From positions 21,032,803 through 21,096,802 of the forward strand of contig OZ316895.1 in the NCBI GenBank assembly GCA_973895155.1: a DNA stretch of 64,000 bases. The letters are read 5' to 3'. This document shows, piece after piece, positions 11,078-22,613 of the stretch; the first letter of the stretch is position 1, and each line of letters starts with the position of its first letter. The notes under the pieces were generated by a model. That model was not told the DNA's origin and did not search any database. It saw only the letters and a list, made by a program, of their open reading frames with translations. Source of the DNA: Marsupella aquatica. Its lineage: Eukaryota > Plantae > Marchantiophyta. Made by a program: the position numbers and the translations under genes.

Positions 11078-11176
11078 CAGCACTACCGCACTACCGCTAA
11101 CATTAGCTAAGTCCTCACCCGAGTTAGACTAACTGTGGTTAGCTCATGAGTCACAAGACTAGAGCAATATCTAACA
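11077..11176 (-). repeat. Truncated 3' LTR of element A (inverted), with PPT AAGGGGGAG at 11187-11179
   Basis: Reverse complement of 4538-~4629 with one substitution and an extra GCACTACC copy. Confidence 0.92.
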
Positions 11177-11383
11177 AACTCCCCCTTGACTCTTGTCTTG
11201 GGGACTAGACTAAATGCTACCATATGGAATCCTCAGCGGGAAGTTCTAGACAATCACCAAACCAGGTCTCCCCCTAAAAACCACAAGGGTTAACTAAGGG
11301 TTAACTAGAACTAAGCCGTAGCCAAACAGGAATGAGTAATCCATATACAAATAGTCACACATTGCTAAATAACTCTACTTGCA

Positions 11384-13327
11384 CTACAACTGCAAAACCT
11401 GCAAAGTAGCACGGTGTCTTGAGAAACTCTCCAAAGGAATCACTTTGGTAAAGGCATCGGCGGGATTGAGCTTTCCATCAATCTTGACTAGCTCAAAAGT
11501 TTTATCAGACACTGCTTGCCTGATAAAATGGTACCTGATATCAATGTGCTTCACCCTGCTATCCATCACCTGGTTAGCAGCCAAGTGAAGAGCACTCTGA
11601 CTATCACAGTTTAGAGTCATTTTGCCATGCTCTAAACCCATCTCCGCGATCAACTTGTCCAACCAAATTGCTTTCTTTGCTGCTTCTGCTGCTGCAACAT
11701 ACTCTGCTTCTGCTGCTACAACATACTCTGCTTCTGTAGTAGACTGAGAAATGCACTTCTGCAAGGTAGATTTCCAACTGATACATCCTCCTCCAAGAGT
11801 GTATACAAACCCAGTTGTAGACCTCCTTGTATCCAGACAGCCTCCATAGTCAGAATCTACATAGCCAACTAACGTTCTATCTGATCTATTATCAAATAGC
11901 AATCCATAGTCCTGTGTACCCTTCAGATACCTGAGAATCCACTTCACAGCTTCCCAATGTACCTTCCCTGGATTTGACATGAATCTGCTAACCTTGCCCA
12001 TCGCTAGGGCCAAGTCAGGCCTAGTACAAGTCATCAAATACATCAGACTATCTACTGCCTTCTCATAAGGAATCTTAGCCATCAGACCTTTCTCCACAGC
12101 ATCCGTAGGAGAGAAAGCCGATGATAACTTAAAATGTGAAGCTAAAGGAATACTCACTGGCTTATAATTTTCCATGTTGAATCGTGCAAGTACTTTCCTC
12201 GCATACTGGCCTTGACTCAAGCACAACTGTCCAGTATCAGAGTTCCTAAAAATCTCCATCCCTAAGATCCTTTTGGCCTTACCAAGATCCTTCATCCTGA
12301 ATTCAGCACTCAATTTCGCCTTGAGATTGTCAACCTCAGATTGATCTTTAGCCACAATTAGCATGTCATCCACATAGATCACCAGAATGATGAAACCAAA
12401 CACATCATTCTTGACTGATTTTGTATACACACAAGGATCATACACCATCCTTGAGCAAGCATGAAATCATCAAACCGCTTGTTCCACTGTCTGGGAGACT
12501 GCTTCAATCCATACAAGGACTTGAGCAATCTGCAAACTAAGTTCTCTTGGCCTTTCTTCATAAAGCCTAGCGGCTGTCTCATGAAGATCATCTCTTCCAA
12601 GTTGCCATAGAGAAAAGCAGTAACAACATCCATCTGATCCATCACCAGATTAAAAAACACAACAAGCTGACACAAGATCCGAATTGTGAAATACTTAGCC
12701 ACCAGTGAAAAGATCTCATTGTAGTCCACTCCTTTCTCCTGAGTGAACCCCTTGGCAACAAGCCTTGCCTTGTAGATCTTATCTCCACCCTCTGAAGGAC
12801 TGTCCTTCAACTTGTAAATCCACTTGCTGTCCACCACTTGCTGACCTCTTGGAAGCTCCACCAGCTCCCATGTCTTGTTGTCACTCAAAGATTGCAACTC
12901 CCTCTGCATTGCTGCATTCCACTCATGCTTCTGCTCTGAAGCACAAGCCTCACTGTACGAAGAAGGCTCTCCTTCTTCCAAGATCAAAGCCATGTCATCA
13001 TCATCAGGTGCAATGTCAATATCATCTAGCTTAGATGAGTCTGCCCATTGACCATACCTGGTAGGAGCTCTAGTAGAACGACTGAAAGTTCTTCTAGTAG
13101 ATGACTCAGGCTGATCTGCTGCTGTTGCTGGCTGAATTTGAGGTACCCTAGCAACAATCTGCTCCTCTTGTTCCATCACAGGAACCAGCTCCAGGGCCGG
13201 AGCTTCTCCATCTCTCATGTCATGAACAGCATCATGACTAATCTCCCCCTCAACCGGGTCCGGGATGGGAGATTTCCCCTTGTCAGTATGGGAGTCCTGA
13301 GAACTCTCCCCCTCCTTTGATGATCTG
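11384..13327 (-). pseudogene. pol: Element A integrase C-terminus, reverse transcriptase and RNase H (frameshift near 12450)
   Basis: KARLVAKGFTQ, QMDVVTAFLYG, LKQSPRQW, YVDDML, GYVDSDY, TTEAEYV (locally duplicated) and KHIDIRYHFIR motifs spread over two frames. Confidence 0.93.
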
Positions 13328-13748
13328 TGTTGAGCATAGACGACGATCGCAACGGCAAGCCCATGAACCATCCAACGCACAATAGTCGACACAAGAGATA
13401 CGTGGTTCACCTCCTTGAGGCTACGTCCACGGGAACACACAAGAGAGCTTTACTGAACTCTAAGCCCGTCGGCTATACCGAGTCTCCACAGTGTAAGCTC
13501 TCCCTATCTCTCAAGTGGCTCCATAACAATGAGCCTTGGTTCTACCTCTCCAAGCACACATGCCTCTTATGATATAGTGTGCAACTTAGTTGTACCTAAC
13601 CACATAGTTGTACCTAATCACGTAGTTGTACCTAACCACATAGTTGTACCTAATCACGTAGTTGTACCTAACCACGTAGTTGTACCAACCCACGTTGTTG
13701 TACCAACCACGTCATACCTAACCTAGACGTAAGAATAAATACCCAACA
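13328..13748 (-). repeat. 3' LTR of element B (421 bp; 7 repeat units), with PPT AAGGGGAAG at 13759-13751
   Basis: Reverse complement of 7992-8376 plus two extra 18-bp units; flanked by the CAGAT TSD. Confidence 0.95.
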
Positions 13749-13939
13749 ATCTTCCCCTTGACTCTGGTCTAGGGGAGAGTAATACTGCCAATGTATATGA
13801 TCCCTCAGCGGGAAGTTCTGGACAGAAACCAAACCGGTTTCCCTCTCTAACTAGAGCAAACCAGAACTAAGCCGTAGCCTAATACATAGGAATGAGGAAG
13901 AGCATATATCAGTAATTACAATGAATGTTTAAGAAAACT

Positions 13940-16900
13940 CTACTTGTGATGCAATTGCAAAACCTGCAATACGTCACGGTGTCTAGAGAAACTCTCCAAA
14001 GGAATCACTTTGGTAAATGCGTCAGCCGGGTTGAGTTTACCATCAATCTTGACTAGCTCAAACAAATTATCAGACACAGCCTGCCTGATAAAATGGTACC
14101 TGACGTCAATGTGCTTCACTCTGCTGTCCATCACCTGGTTCACAGCAAGGTGGAGCGCACTTTGACTATCACAATGGAGCTTCACATTCCCCTGTGGCAA
14201 TCCCATTTCAGTGATAAGTCTATCCAACCAAATCGCTTCCTTTGCTGCTTCCGCAGCTGCAACATACTCCGCTTCTGTAGTAGACTGAGCAATACACTTC
14301 TGCAAAGTAGACCTCCAACTTATGCATCCACCGCCAAGTGTGAACACGTATCCTGTTGTTGATCTCCTTCGGTCCAAATCTTGTCCATAGTCAGAATCTA
14401 CATAGCCAATCAATGATCTAGCATTCTTTGCATTCGCATCAAATAAAAGACCATGATCCACGGTACCCTTCAAGTACCTGATAATCCACTTCACTGCTTC
14501 CCAGTGTACCTTCCCTGGATTCGACATGTACCTGCTCACCTTGCCCATAGCCATGGCAAGATCAGGTCTAGTGCAAGTCATCAAATACATGAGACTCCCC
14601 ACTGCCTTGTCATATGGAACCTTTGACATCAACCCCTTCTCTGTGTCATCCGTAGGACAGAACACTGATGATAACTTGAAGTGTGGAGCCAACGGGGTAC
14701 TTACTGGCTTGCTATTCTCCATGTTGAACCTTGCAATTACCTTCCTCGCATAACTGCTCTGCGTCAACCATAGCTTGCCAGCCTCCAAGTCCCTAGTGAT
14801 CTCCATACCCAAAATCCTCTTAGCTGGCCCTAAGTCCTTCATCTTAAACTCTGCACTAAGCAGTGCCTTGAGCTTAACAATCTCAGACCTATCCTTGGCT
14901 GCAATTAGCATGTCATCCACATAAAGTACTAAAACAATGAACCCAAAGACAACATTCTTCACCGGTTTCAAATACACACAAGGGTCAAATACACTTCTGT
15001 GAAAACCTTGTGACCGAATCCAATCGTCAAACCGCTTGTTCCACTGTCTTGGTGACTGCTTCAACCCATACAAGGATTTCAGCAATCTGCAAACCAATTC
15101 CTCCTGTCCTCTCTTCACAAAACCTAGCGGTTGTCTCATGAAGATCACCTCTTCCAATGTGCCATGAGGAAAGCTGTGACAACATCCATCTGATCTAGGA
15201 GCAGACCAAACATTACAACAAGTACACACAATAGTCGTATTGTAGAGTACTTAGCAACTGGTGAGAAGATCTCATTGTAATCCACACCTTTCTCTTGTGT
15301 GAATCCCTTTGCTACCAATCTAGCCTTGTAGACCTTCGATCCACCTCCTATGGAATTATCCTTCAGCTTGTAAATCCACTTGCTGTCCACCACTTGCTGA
15401 CCCTTAGGCAGCTTAACAAGCTCCCAAGTTTTGTTGTCCTTTAGTGACTGCATCTCCGTTTGCATTGCTGCAGTCCACTTCTGCTTCTCTTTTGAAGCAC
15501 TTGCCTCATGAAATGAAGAAGGTTCTCCTTCTTCCAAAATTAACGCATCACCCTCATCATCAGCTGTAAAATCATCCTCTTGCAGTTGAGATGAATCAAC
15601 CCACTGTCCATACCTTGATGGAGCGCGTACAGTGCGACCAGATGTTCTTCTAGCCGATGACTCCGGTTGATTTGCGTGTGCTGGTACAATTTGAAGCTCA
15701 ACAGCATCCACTTGTTGCTCACCAGCATCAACAAACTCCTCTGGTTCCTCTGGCATAGGAACCAGCTCCATAATTGGAGCAACTCCTTCTCTCCGGTCAT
15801 GCACCTCATAACCAATCTCCCCCTCAACGAGATCCGGGATAGGAGATTTTCCTTTGTCAGTACGGGAGACCTGAGTATTCTCCCCCTCCTTCAATAATCT
15901 GGATTCATTGAAGGAAACATCCCTACTGACAACGAGCTTACAGGCAATAGGATCCCATAGCCTATAGGCTTTCACACCACTCTGGTACCCAAGAAAAATA
16001 CATTTCCTGGAGGTAGGATCCAACTTGGTCCTATTCTGCTTTGGTGTGAGAGCATATGCATCACTTCCAAAAATTACCAAGCCATGATAGTCTGCTTGCC
16101 GCTTATAGCGCATCTCAAACGGCATTTTGAAATTGATAGCACTAGAAGGAGAAAGATTTACCAAATAAGCTGCGGTATTGACAGCTTCTGCCCAAAATTC
16201 TTGTGGTAAACCTGATTGGCTCAACATACTCCGTGACCGCTCCAACAGTGTCCGATTGAGCCTCTCAGCGACACCATTCTGCTGCGGAGTATAAACTGTG
16301 GTGAGATGGCGAGTTATCCCCTGTTCTGAACAGTACTCTTCAAATTCCATTGAAGTGTACTCCCCGCCGTTGTCTGACCTCAGACTCTTCACCCTTGTAT
16401 CCAAACACTTGATCGTGTTTCCAGTCTGATTCTCCACCTGGGCCTTCCACTTCTTAAAAATGGACAAGACATCAGACTTATGCGTCATGAAATAAATCCA
16501 CACAAATCTTGAGTAATCATCAATAAATGATACATAGTACAACTTTCCAGAGTGTGAGGGAGTCGGGGATGGACCCCACACGTCACTATGTATGTACTCA
16601 AGAACCGCTTTGGAACGATGAGTTCCAACACCAAAAGCACGACGATGCTGCTTTCCAAGAATGCAATGCTCACAAAACTCTAATTTACAAGATTGCAAAT
16701 CAAAAATGAGTCCATTCTTCCGTAAGATAGCCAAACCCTTCTCACTCATGTGGCCTAGCCGTGAATGCCACAGTTGAGTCATCTCCTCGTGAGACTTGGT
16801 TACATTGGCCTCTCCACATACAGTATTGCCCTGTAACACATACAAATTCTTTTATCTACTCCCCTTCAAAATCACTGTCTCTCCCGACCTGACTTGAAGT

Positions 16901-16969
16901 TCACCATCAATAACGCTCCATTGATGACCATTTGAATCCAACACACCGAGTGAAATCAGATTCTTACGC
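13940..16969 (-). pseudogene. pol: Element B integrase, RT and RNase H (inverted; frameshift near 15165 at TAFL/HG)
   Basis: ORFs 15145-16845 and 13940-15229 carry the DDE integrase, YVDDML and RNaseH motifs in the copia order PR-INT-RT-RH. Confidence 0.93.
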
Positions 16970-16979
16970 TCTGATACCA
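16968..16979 (-). promoter_or_regulatory. Ectopic, inverted tRNA-iMet PBS at the position where a PPT would precede the LTR
   Basis: ...ttcttac-GCTCTGATACCA-at-TGTTGGGTAT... Confidence 0.85.
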
Positions 16980-16981
16980 AT

Positions 16982-17402
16982 TGTTGGGTATTTACTCTTA
17001 CGTCTAGGTTAGGTATGACGTGGTTGGTACAACAACGTGGGTTGGTACAACTACGTGGTTAGATACAACTACGTGATTAGGTACAACTATGTGGTTAGGT
17101 ACAACTATGTGATTAGGTACAACTATGTGGTTAGGTACAACTCAGTTGCACACTATATCATAAGAGGCATGTGTGCTTGGAGAGGAAGGACCAAGGCTCA
17201 TTATTATGGAGCCACTTGAGAGATAGGGAGAGCTTACACTATGGAGACTCGGTATAGCCGACGGGCTTAGAGTTCAGTAAAGCTCTCTTGTGTGTTCCCG
17301 TGGACGTAGCCTCAAGGAGGTGAACCACGTATCTCTTGTGTCGACTATTGTGCGTTGGATGGTTCATGGGCTTGCCGTTGCGATCGTCGTCTATGCTCAA
17401 CA
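16982..17402 (+). repeat. Third B-family LTR (421 bp), forward orientation, no matching TSD
   Basis: TGTTG...CAACA; about 8 substitutions versus the 13328 LTR by eye; right flank GGGAG. Confidence 0.93.
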
Positions 17403-19117
17403 GGGAGAGACCACTAAGTGTTTTTCCCGGTTTCCGTTCAAGACCCAAAAACAGAACATTGTTTGGATTAACACTCAATCCCTTCATTCACATATTATTT
17501 GCCCTCTTTGTCCTTCGTACCCTGTGTGTCTTTTGTTGCTAGTGCCTGGTCATTTCTGCTTTTTGGCCTTTTTCTTGTAATCCCGTGATTGGGTTTTTGG
17601 CCTTTTTCTTGTTATCCCTTAATTGGGTTTTTGGCCTATGGGGTCTCCCCGTTCAACGGGCAGTTTGAATAGGACAATGTCCTGGTTAGAGGGCATTATG
17701 AGATATAATCATGCCCTGAAAAACAAGGGCCGCAGCCCAAGTTTTGAGGGCATTATTCTCATAATGTCAATAACTAGGACATTAATGAGCGTAAAAACTT
17801 GAGTGATTTTTTGGTAACAAACAAGAAAAAGTGAATCTCTGAATAGACAATCCAAGCACAAGGGCCTGCAATTGGCCAAAAGCATGAAATAAGTTAAAAA
17901 CAAATCTTGTGATTTGGATACATTCAAGTTATTATGTTAGTTTATTGGTAACACTATATTTGGGTTTACCTTTCCTATTTTTGTGATACTTCACATATTG
18001 CCTTTCTCAAAAGAAGGGAGTCTGTATGGGAAATTAATGCACTCAAAAATACAAAGAGAAAAATCACAAAAGTCTTTACGATATATATACTACCCTCACA
18101 TTAGGTTCGACCAATCTGAGTTCCGCCTTTGCAGAATTGTCTTCTGATCTCATCTCCCCGAAGCTGAGCAAGGCGCCATGTTGTTTGTTGTAATTGTATC
18201 ACTGAACATTGTATAGCACTCCCACAGAATGGATTAAAACTAGAATTATATTCGGGAAATAATTGACTAAAGCTCATTTTTATTCCTTTTCCTTTTTCAG
18301 TACTTCTGTCACCCAATTTGTGACGCTAATAAACTAGTTTCAATCTATATATCTTTTGCGAATCTGGTGGCCGGGTTCAGTTGGAATTCCAATAGAAGAT
18401 TGCATTACCTAGAGTGAGACTCCAATGACCATTGGCAGTTGGGTGGCACTTACTTGGTAAAAGTGGATTTACCATCAAGGGTCCAATAAGATTTATTTTG
18501 CCATAAGGTAGATAGATTTGGGTGTTTTATACAAATGATATGCATGTAAATATTCATTAATATTGTTTAATTGCTCCAGATTTATGTTGAACAATATACC
18601 ATGTTCATCTTTTAGTGAAATGCAGGTGATCTAATTTCTTGTGGCAAATATAAACAAGATATTGATTAGGACAAGTGACATTGAAAAGTTGTGAACATAG
18701 GATACAAGAGTTAAAGTCACATGTTGAGAAAAACAATAATGAACAGGAAAAGTTTTAAGTCTATGATATTGGGTTGTGCACATACTATACACCAATAGAG
18801 ATACTTATGTACTTATCTTAGCTAATGACACTCAAATGAATTAAAAACCATAAACCCTAAATTTTATTTAGATAATTTATTCTTCACTCATCAGAATAAG
18901 GGCTAGAAATTCAGTGACCTTTGTTAAAGGGCGGATGATTTTAAATATAGCAAAGATTAAAAAATTTAGAGGGGCACCAGCATAAATTCAAAATCTAAAC
19001 TATACAAGGGATGCACCTTGGTAAAACACATTGAATTAAAAATATATAAGAAAATAAGTTTGAATAAGACAAAATACTGGAAGGTGTATTCATCATTATA
19101 GCTACACAGTTCTAACA

Positions 19118-19223
19118 CTTTGTTATTTTAACTTATTGAAAATGATGTAAAAATGATCTTATCATATCCTCTTTGCTATTTTAACTTATTGAAAATGATG
19201 TAAAAATGATCTTATCATATTCT
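19118..19223. repeat. 53-bp tandem duplication (AT-rich)
   Basis: ctttg(t/c)tattttaacttattgaaaatgatgtaaaaatgatcttatcatat occurs twice. Confidence 0.85.
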
Positions 19224-19344
19224 ATTCGAGTTTATTAAAGTAATCATTTGAATTAAAATACAGAAATATATCAATGTCGGAAAAAATTTAGCACTTTCAT
19301 AACAATGAACAATAACAATGAACAATGTAAAAATTGGGAATAGA

Positions 19345-19760
19345 ATGAGCCGGACATCGAGTCGGCTTGTCAAATTCGAGACTTCTCGCTGGTATAATTG
19401 TGATACTGTAGAAGCGCCCGAACTCCGCGAGAATTGGTGAGGAGACGAGGGGGATGCGCACTCTGCTCATGTGGATGTGACGGAACACAACACACTGTTC
19501 GATTCGACCCCTCTCTCTCTATTCTGTCCCTGGCTACCACTCTGAGTGTTTTTTCATTTTGGCATAATTGTCTTCTGATCCGATGTCTTCTAAAGCCGGG
19601 CGAGGAACAAGGATGGGAAGTGGGTGAGCCAGGCATCGAGTCAGCTTGTGAAATTCACTGCTGTTTATTACTGCTGGAGCTCCTGAACTCCGCGAGATTT
19701 GGTTAGGAGACGAATGTTGCGATGCGCACTCTGCTTGTGTGTATGTAATGCGGACGGAGT
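19345..19760. repeat. Diverged direct repeat, ~140-bp units about 280 bp apart
   Basis: gagcc..catcgagtc.gcttgt.aaattc and gaactccgcgaga.ttggt.aggagacga...gatgcgcactctgct occur in both units. Confidence 0.75.
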
Positions 19761-21382
19761 CGGTTTCAAAGACCTTCCGTGGCTATTCTTTGTTTGGTTT
19801 GGCCGTTGAAAGATACCCTCGTGTGGAGAATTGCGGCGGATTGAATTGACTGCTGGACTTGCGGGCGATGATTCTCTGGCGTTGTGGCGCTATGGCACTG
19901 CAGCCTGGGGTACCTCTCAATTCTGAAGCTGTCCGCTGAAATTTCTTCCTCCAGCGACAAGATGGCCTGTCTCGCCTTCTTAGGGTTTGGTGTTTGAATT
20001 TGATTTTGGAGACTGTGCTAAGTTGATGGATGAGTGCCAGATGAGCTGGTTTGCCTCAATGGTGTAAGCTTGTTGCAAATTTCGTCGTAGATTAGGGCAA
20101 AGAACCCTACTGCACTCCATTCTGCTGCTTTCTGTCGTTGGCTTTCCTTGATTCGAGAATTCCCTTCCGGTGAAGATCAGGCCTTCGTCTAGGGGCACTG
20201 TTAGCTATCTCATACGTTCCGTCCAATTGGGGATCCGTGGACTTCAACATCAATATATGCGTTGATTGTTTCAGCTGACCAAAGCTTTGTGAGGTGATGT
20301 AGACACGGATTTGAAACTCTTGAAGTGCGAGCAAGATTGTTTACTCCAACTCGCCACGACTTTCAACGAATATTGAAAGGCGGTCCATTGCCCACCACAT
20401 TCTGGTTAGTGACGCTGTAGACCGTTGCCTTTCTTCTCTTCTTCTTTTGTCTCATACGTGTCCTTCAGTCGTTATGTCGCTAAAATGTTGATGCCGTGCG
20501 TTTTTTGGAAGTCCCTCTTATTGCTTCTGTTGTCACTATATAAATTCGGTAGTTTGTGGGCACCATCCTGTCCTTCCGGGGGCCTATATATTGTATGGGC
20601 TTAGCATTCAATCGGGGCACTTTCCGCTTGGCTTCTATCTCCGTGAATTGCAAGTGACAACTCTTAAGAATTGGAGGTTACCGAGAATTTGAAGTTGTCC
20701 GTTGCAAGACGAGCCTCTGTCCTCAGTCCCTGCATCGGTTTGCTTCTTCTCTTGACGATCTGCTTGATAACGAGACAGTGAAACCACATTATCATCTTGT
20801 GGTGGAAATGACCCGGGGTCTTTGTCCAGTAGGAATAAAAGGAAGAACCTCTTGTAAGTTTATGGTGTCATACGTTCTACTGGGGCTCTGTGCGCATTTC
20901 CTCTGTAGTCCAGCATTTCTCTTTTAATACGACCAACTTTTAATTATCTCCGTCTTCTACAGTGCTTTTTTATGAAGCTCTGTGAGAGTACCCCAAAAGA
21001 GGAGCATCTTAGTGTCTGACTATGTATATCCCTGTACTCCACCGTTCTTTTTCTTGTGCGATCGTCTTGTTGTGGGGTTTTTAGAGAATCCGTTTTCGCA
21101 CCAATTCTGAGGCTGTTTCAATGTCTCTCTGGTATGCGTCTTTAAATCGTGTGGTGTCCAGCTTTCGAATTTGCCGACGAACTCTGAAAGCTATCTGCCT
21201 GTCTGCCTGTCCAAGGATTTTCGAAGCGGCTGATGCATATGGCATATGTTGAGTTCGTTTCTGCAGTGAAAGGAAAGGATTCTTCATTTTATTTGAAACG
21301 TGTTTTTGAAAGCTAACTGAGTGATGATGGTCACAGGGAGTTTGATATTGACCGCGACGCCGAGGCGGGCAGGGTGGGCGCC

Positions 21383-22613
21383 ATGGCGTGGCCACAACAG
21401 CAGAGCCAGCAACCTCATGAACTGGCTTCACACTTCCATCTCCTTCCCGTATCCTGCCTAGGCCAGTCAGTCTCTGGACCATCTCAATTGTTCGTTGCGT
21501 TGTTACTATGTTCAATGTTGCAAGTCTGGATAGAGAGTTTGTTGGAAACTTGTGCGACTTTTTGGAGTTCTTGATTCAACACATCAAAGCTCATTGAAGC
21601 GACTGCGGATGCTGTGGAGAGAGGAGCCATGGACCAGCATGTGAACGAGCTTGTACGGTTCATTTTCCCTCCCTCTCTGAAACTTGTCAATTTGCGATGA
21701 AAAGGCGTTTTGTGTGAGACAGAGTTTTAACTCTGGGTATCGATTAAATTCGAGCTCGCTGTTTCAGTTTACATTCGTGAGTCTTTCTACTCACGGTTAT
21801 CACGTTGCAGGTGAATGACTTAGCGAGCCGCTTTGAAAGGTGTCAACAGTTGCTGAACTCTATCAACATTTCTTCCAACCCTAAACCCGTGGTATGTTGT
21901 TTTGGGGTTTTCATCTCATAAAGGTTTTGAATGTTACATGAAGTTCGGTGTCAATCTCTGTCATGGCAACACTGCAAACCTGTGCCTATGTTAGCAAACT
22001 GGTGCAATCGGAGAACGTAATGTCCCCATGTTTCCTAACCGTGTCGTTGCAACAAAGAAGCTGAAACTTTTCCAATGCAGACTCTCAGATGGCAGAAACA
22101 AAAGCTGGTTGACTACGAGAATCAACTCAACGAACGGAGGTGAGCTGACATGCTTTGTAGTAGCGCATTCTCTGAAGTTTGTCGTTCTGATTCTGTCCTT
22201 GTTTACCTCAGTAAGTAACCAAAACTGCAACATACAAATCTTTGGGCTGAAAATTTCCGATGATAGTTGTATCCGAGTCAGTGAGTTGCCCAAATGGATG
22301 AAACAGAACTGCTCCCATTCTTCGATGCCTTAGTTTCTTTCTCCCCAATTTCAGATGTTAGCGTATCCACGCACATCATCAATAGTCATGGAATAACTGA
22401 CCATCAGGAAGTATGAGTTTGAGAAATCATAACATTTCTGGTTGGATATGTGAGTATTGCGGTTGTATTCGAACAGCAGGATCGAAATCTACTCTGAATT
22501 GGATCTGATGCCTTACATCCCGTTAGAACCAATTTGACCATGAATCTTTCTGCAGGGAACTCCTTTCTAAGTACAAGATTCTGGTGGAAGAAGCTGTGAA
22601 TTCCAGCACATGA
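21383..22613 (+). CDS. MED9: Mediator subunit 9, 5 exons (21383-21448, 21590-21652, 21811-21891, 22081-22139, 22556-22613), ~108 aa
   Basis: Spliced product MAWPQQQSQQPHELASHFHLLP-LIEATADAVERGAMDQHVNEL-VNDLASRFERCQQLLNSI...-TLRWQKQKLVDYENQLNER-RELLSKYKILVEE matches plant MED9 motifs recalled from memory (LASHFHL, FxKCQQLLNSI). All introns are GT-AG with consistent phases; the true start could lie upstream. Confidence 0.85.

Larger units (their letters stand above)
4538..13327 (+). mobile_element. Ty1/copia element 'A': gag-deleted, interrupted by element B at 7991, 3' half inverted at 11077-13327
   Basis: 5' LTR 4538-4881, PBS 4884-4895 and pol up to 7991 on +. The rest of integrase, RT, RNaseH, PPT and a partial 3' LTR lie on - at 13327-11077. 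Removing B at the CAGAT TSD restores ...SFNESR-SSKEGESSQ. Confidence 0.9.
7992..16969 (+). mobile_element. Ty1/copia element 'B' nested in A; 3' half inverted (13328-16969 on -)
   Basis: 5-bp TSD CAGAT at 7987-7991 and, read on -, at 13327-13323 immediately after the 3' LTR; near-identical LTR pair; PBS and PPT both present. Confidence 0.92.

Noticed and set aside
13529-13726. ORF with (VVPNH)n repeats, its counterpart at 17037-17219, and the CRISPR-like look of the 18-bp repeats
   Set aside because: These are translations of the LTR U3 tandem array. The units are contiguous with no unique spacers and the context is eukaryotic, so this is neither a gene nor a CRISPR array.
7992-17402. Reading LTR B1 to LTR B3 as one ordinary full-length element
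   Set aside because: The flanks differ (CAGAT versus GGGAG), there is no PPT before B3, the interior is inverted, and the true TSD partner of B1 is the inverted LTR at 13328.
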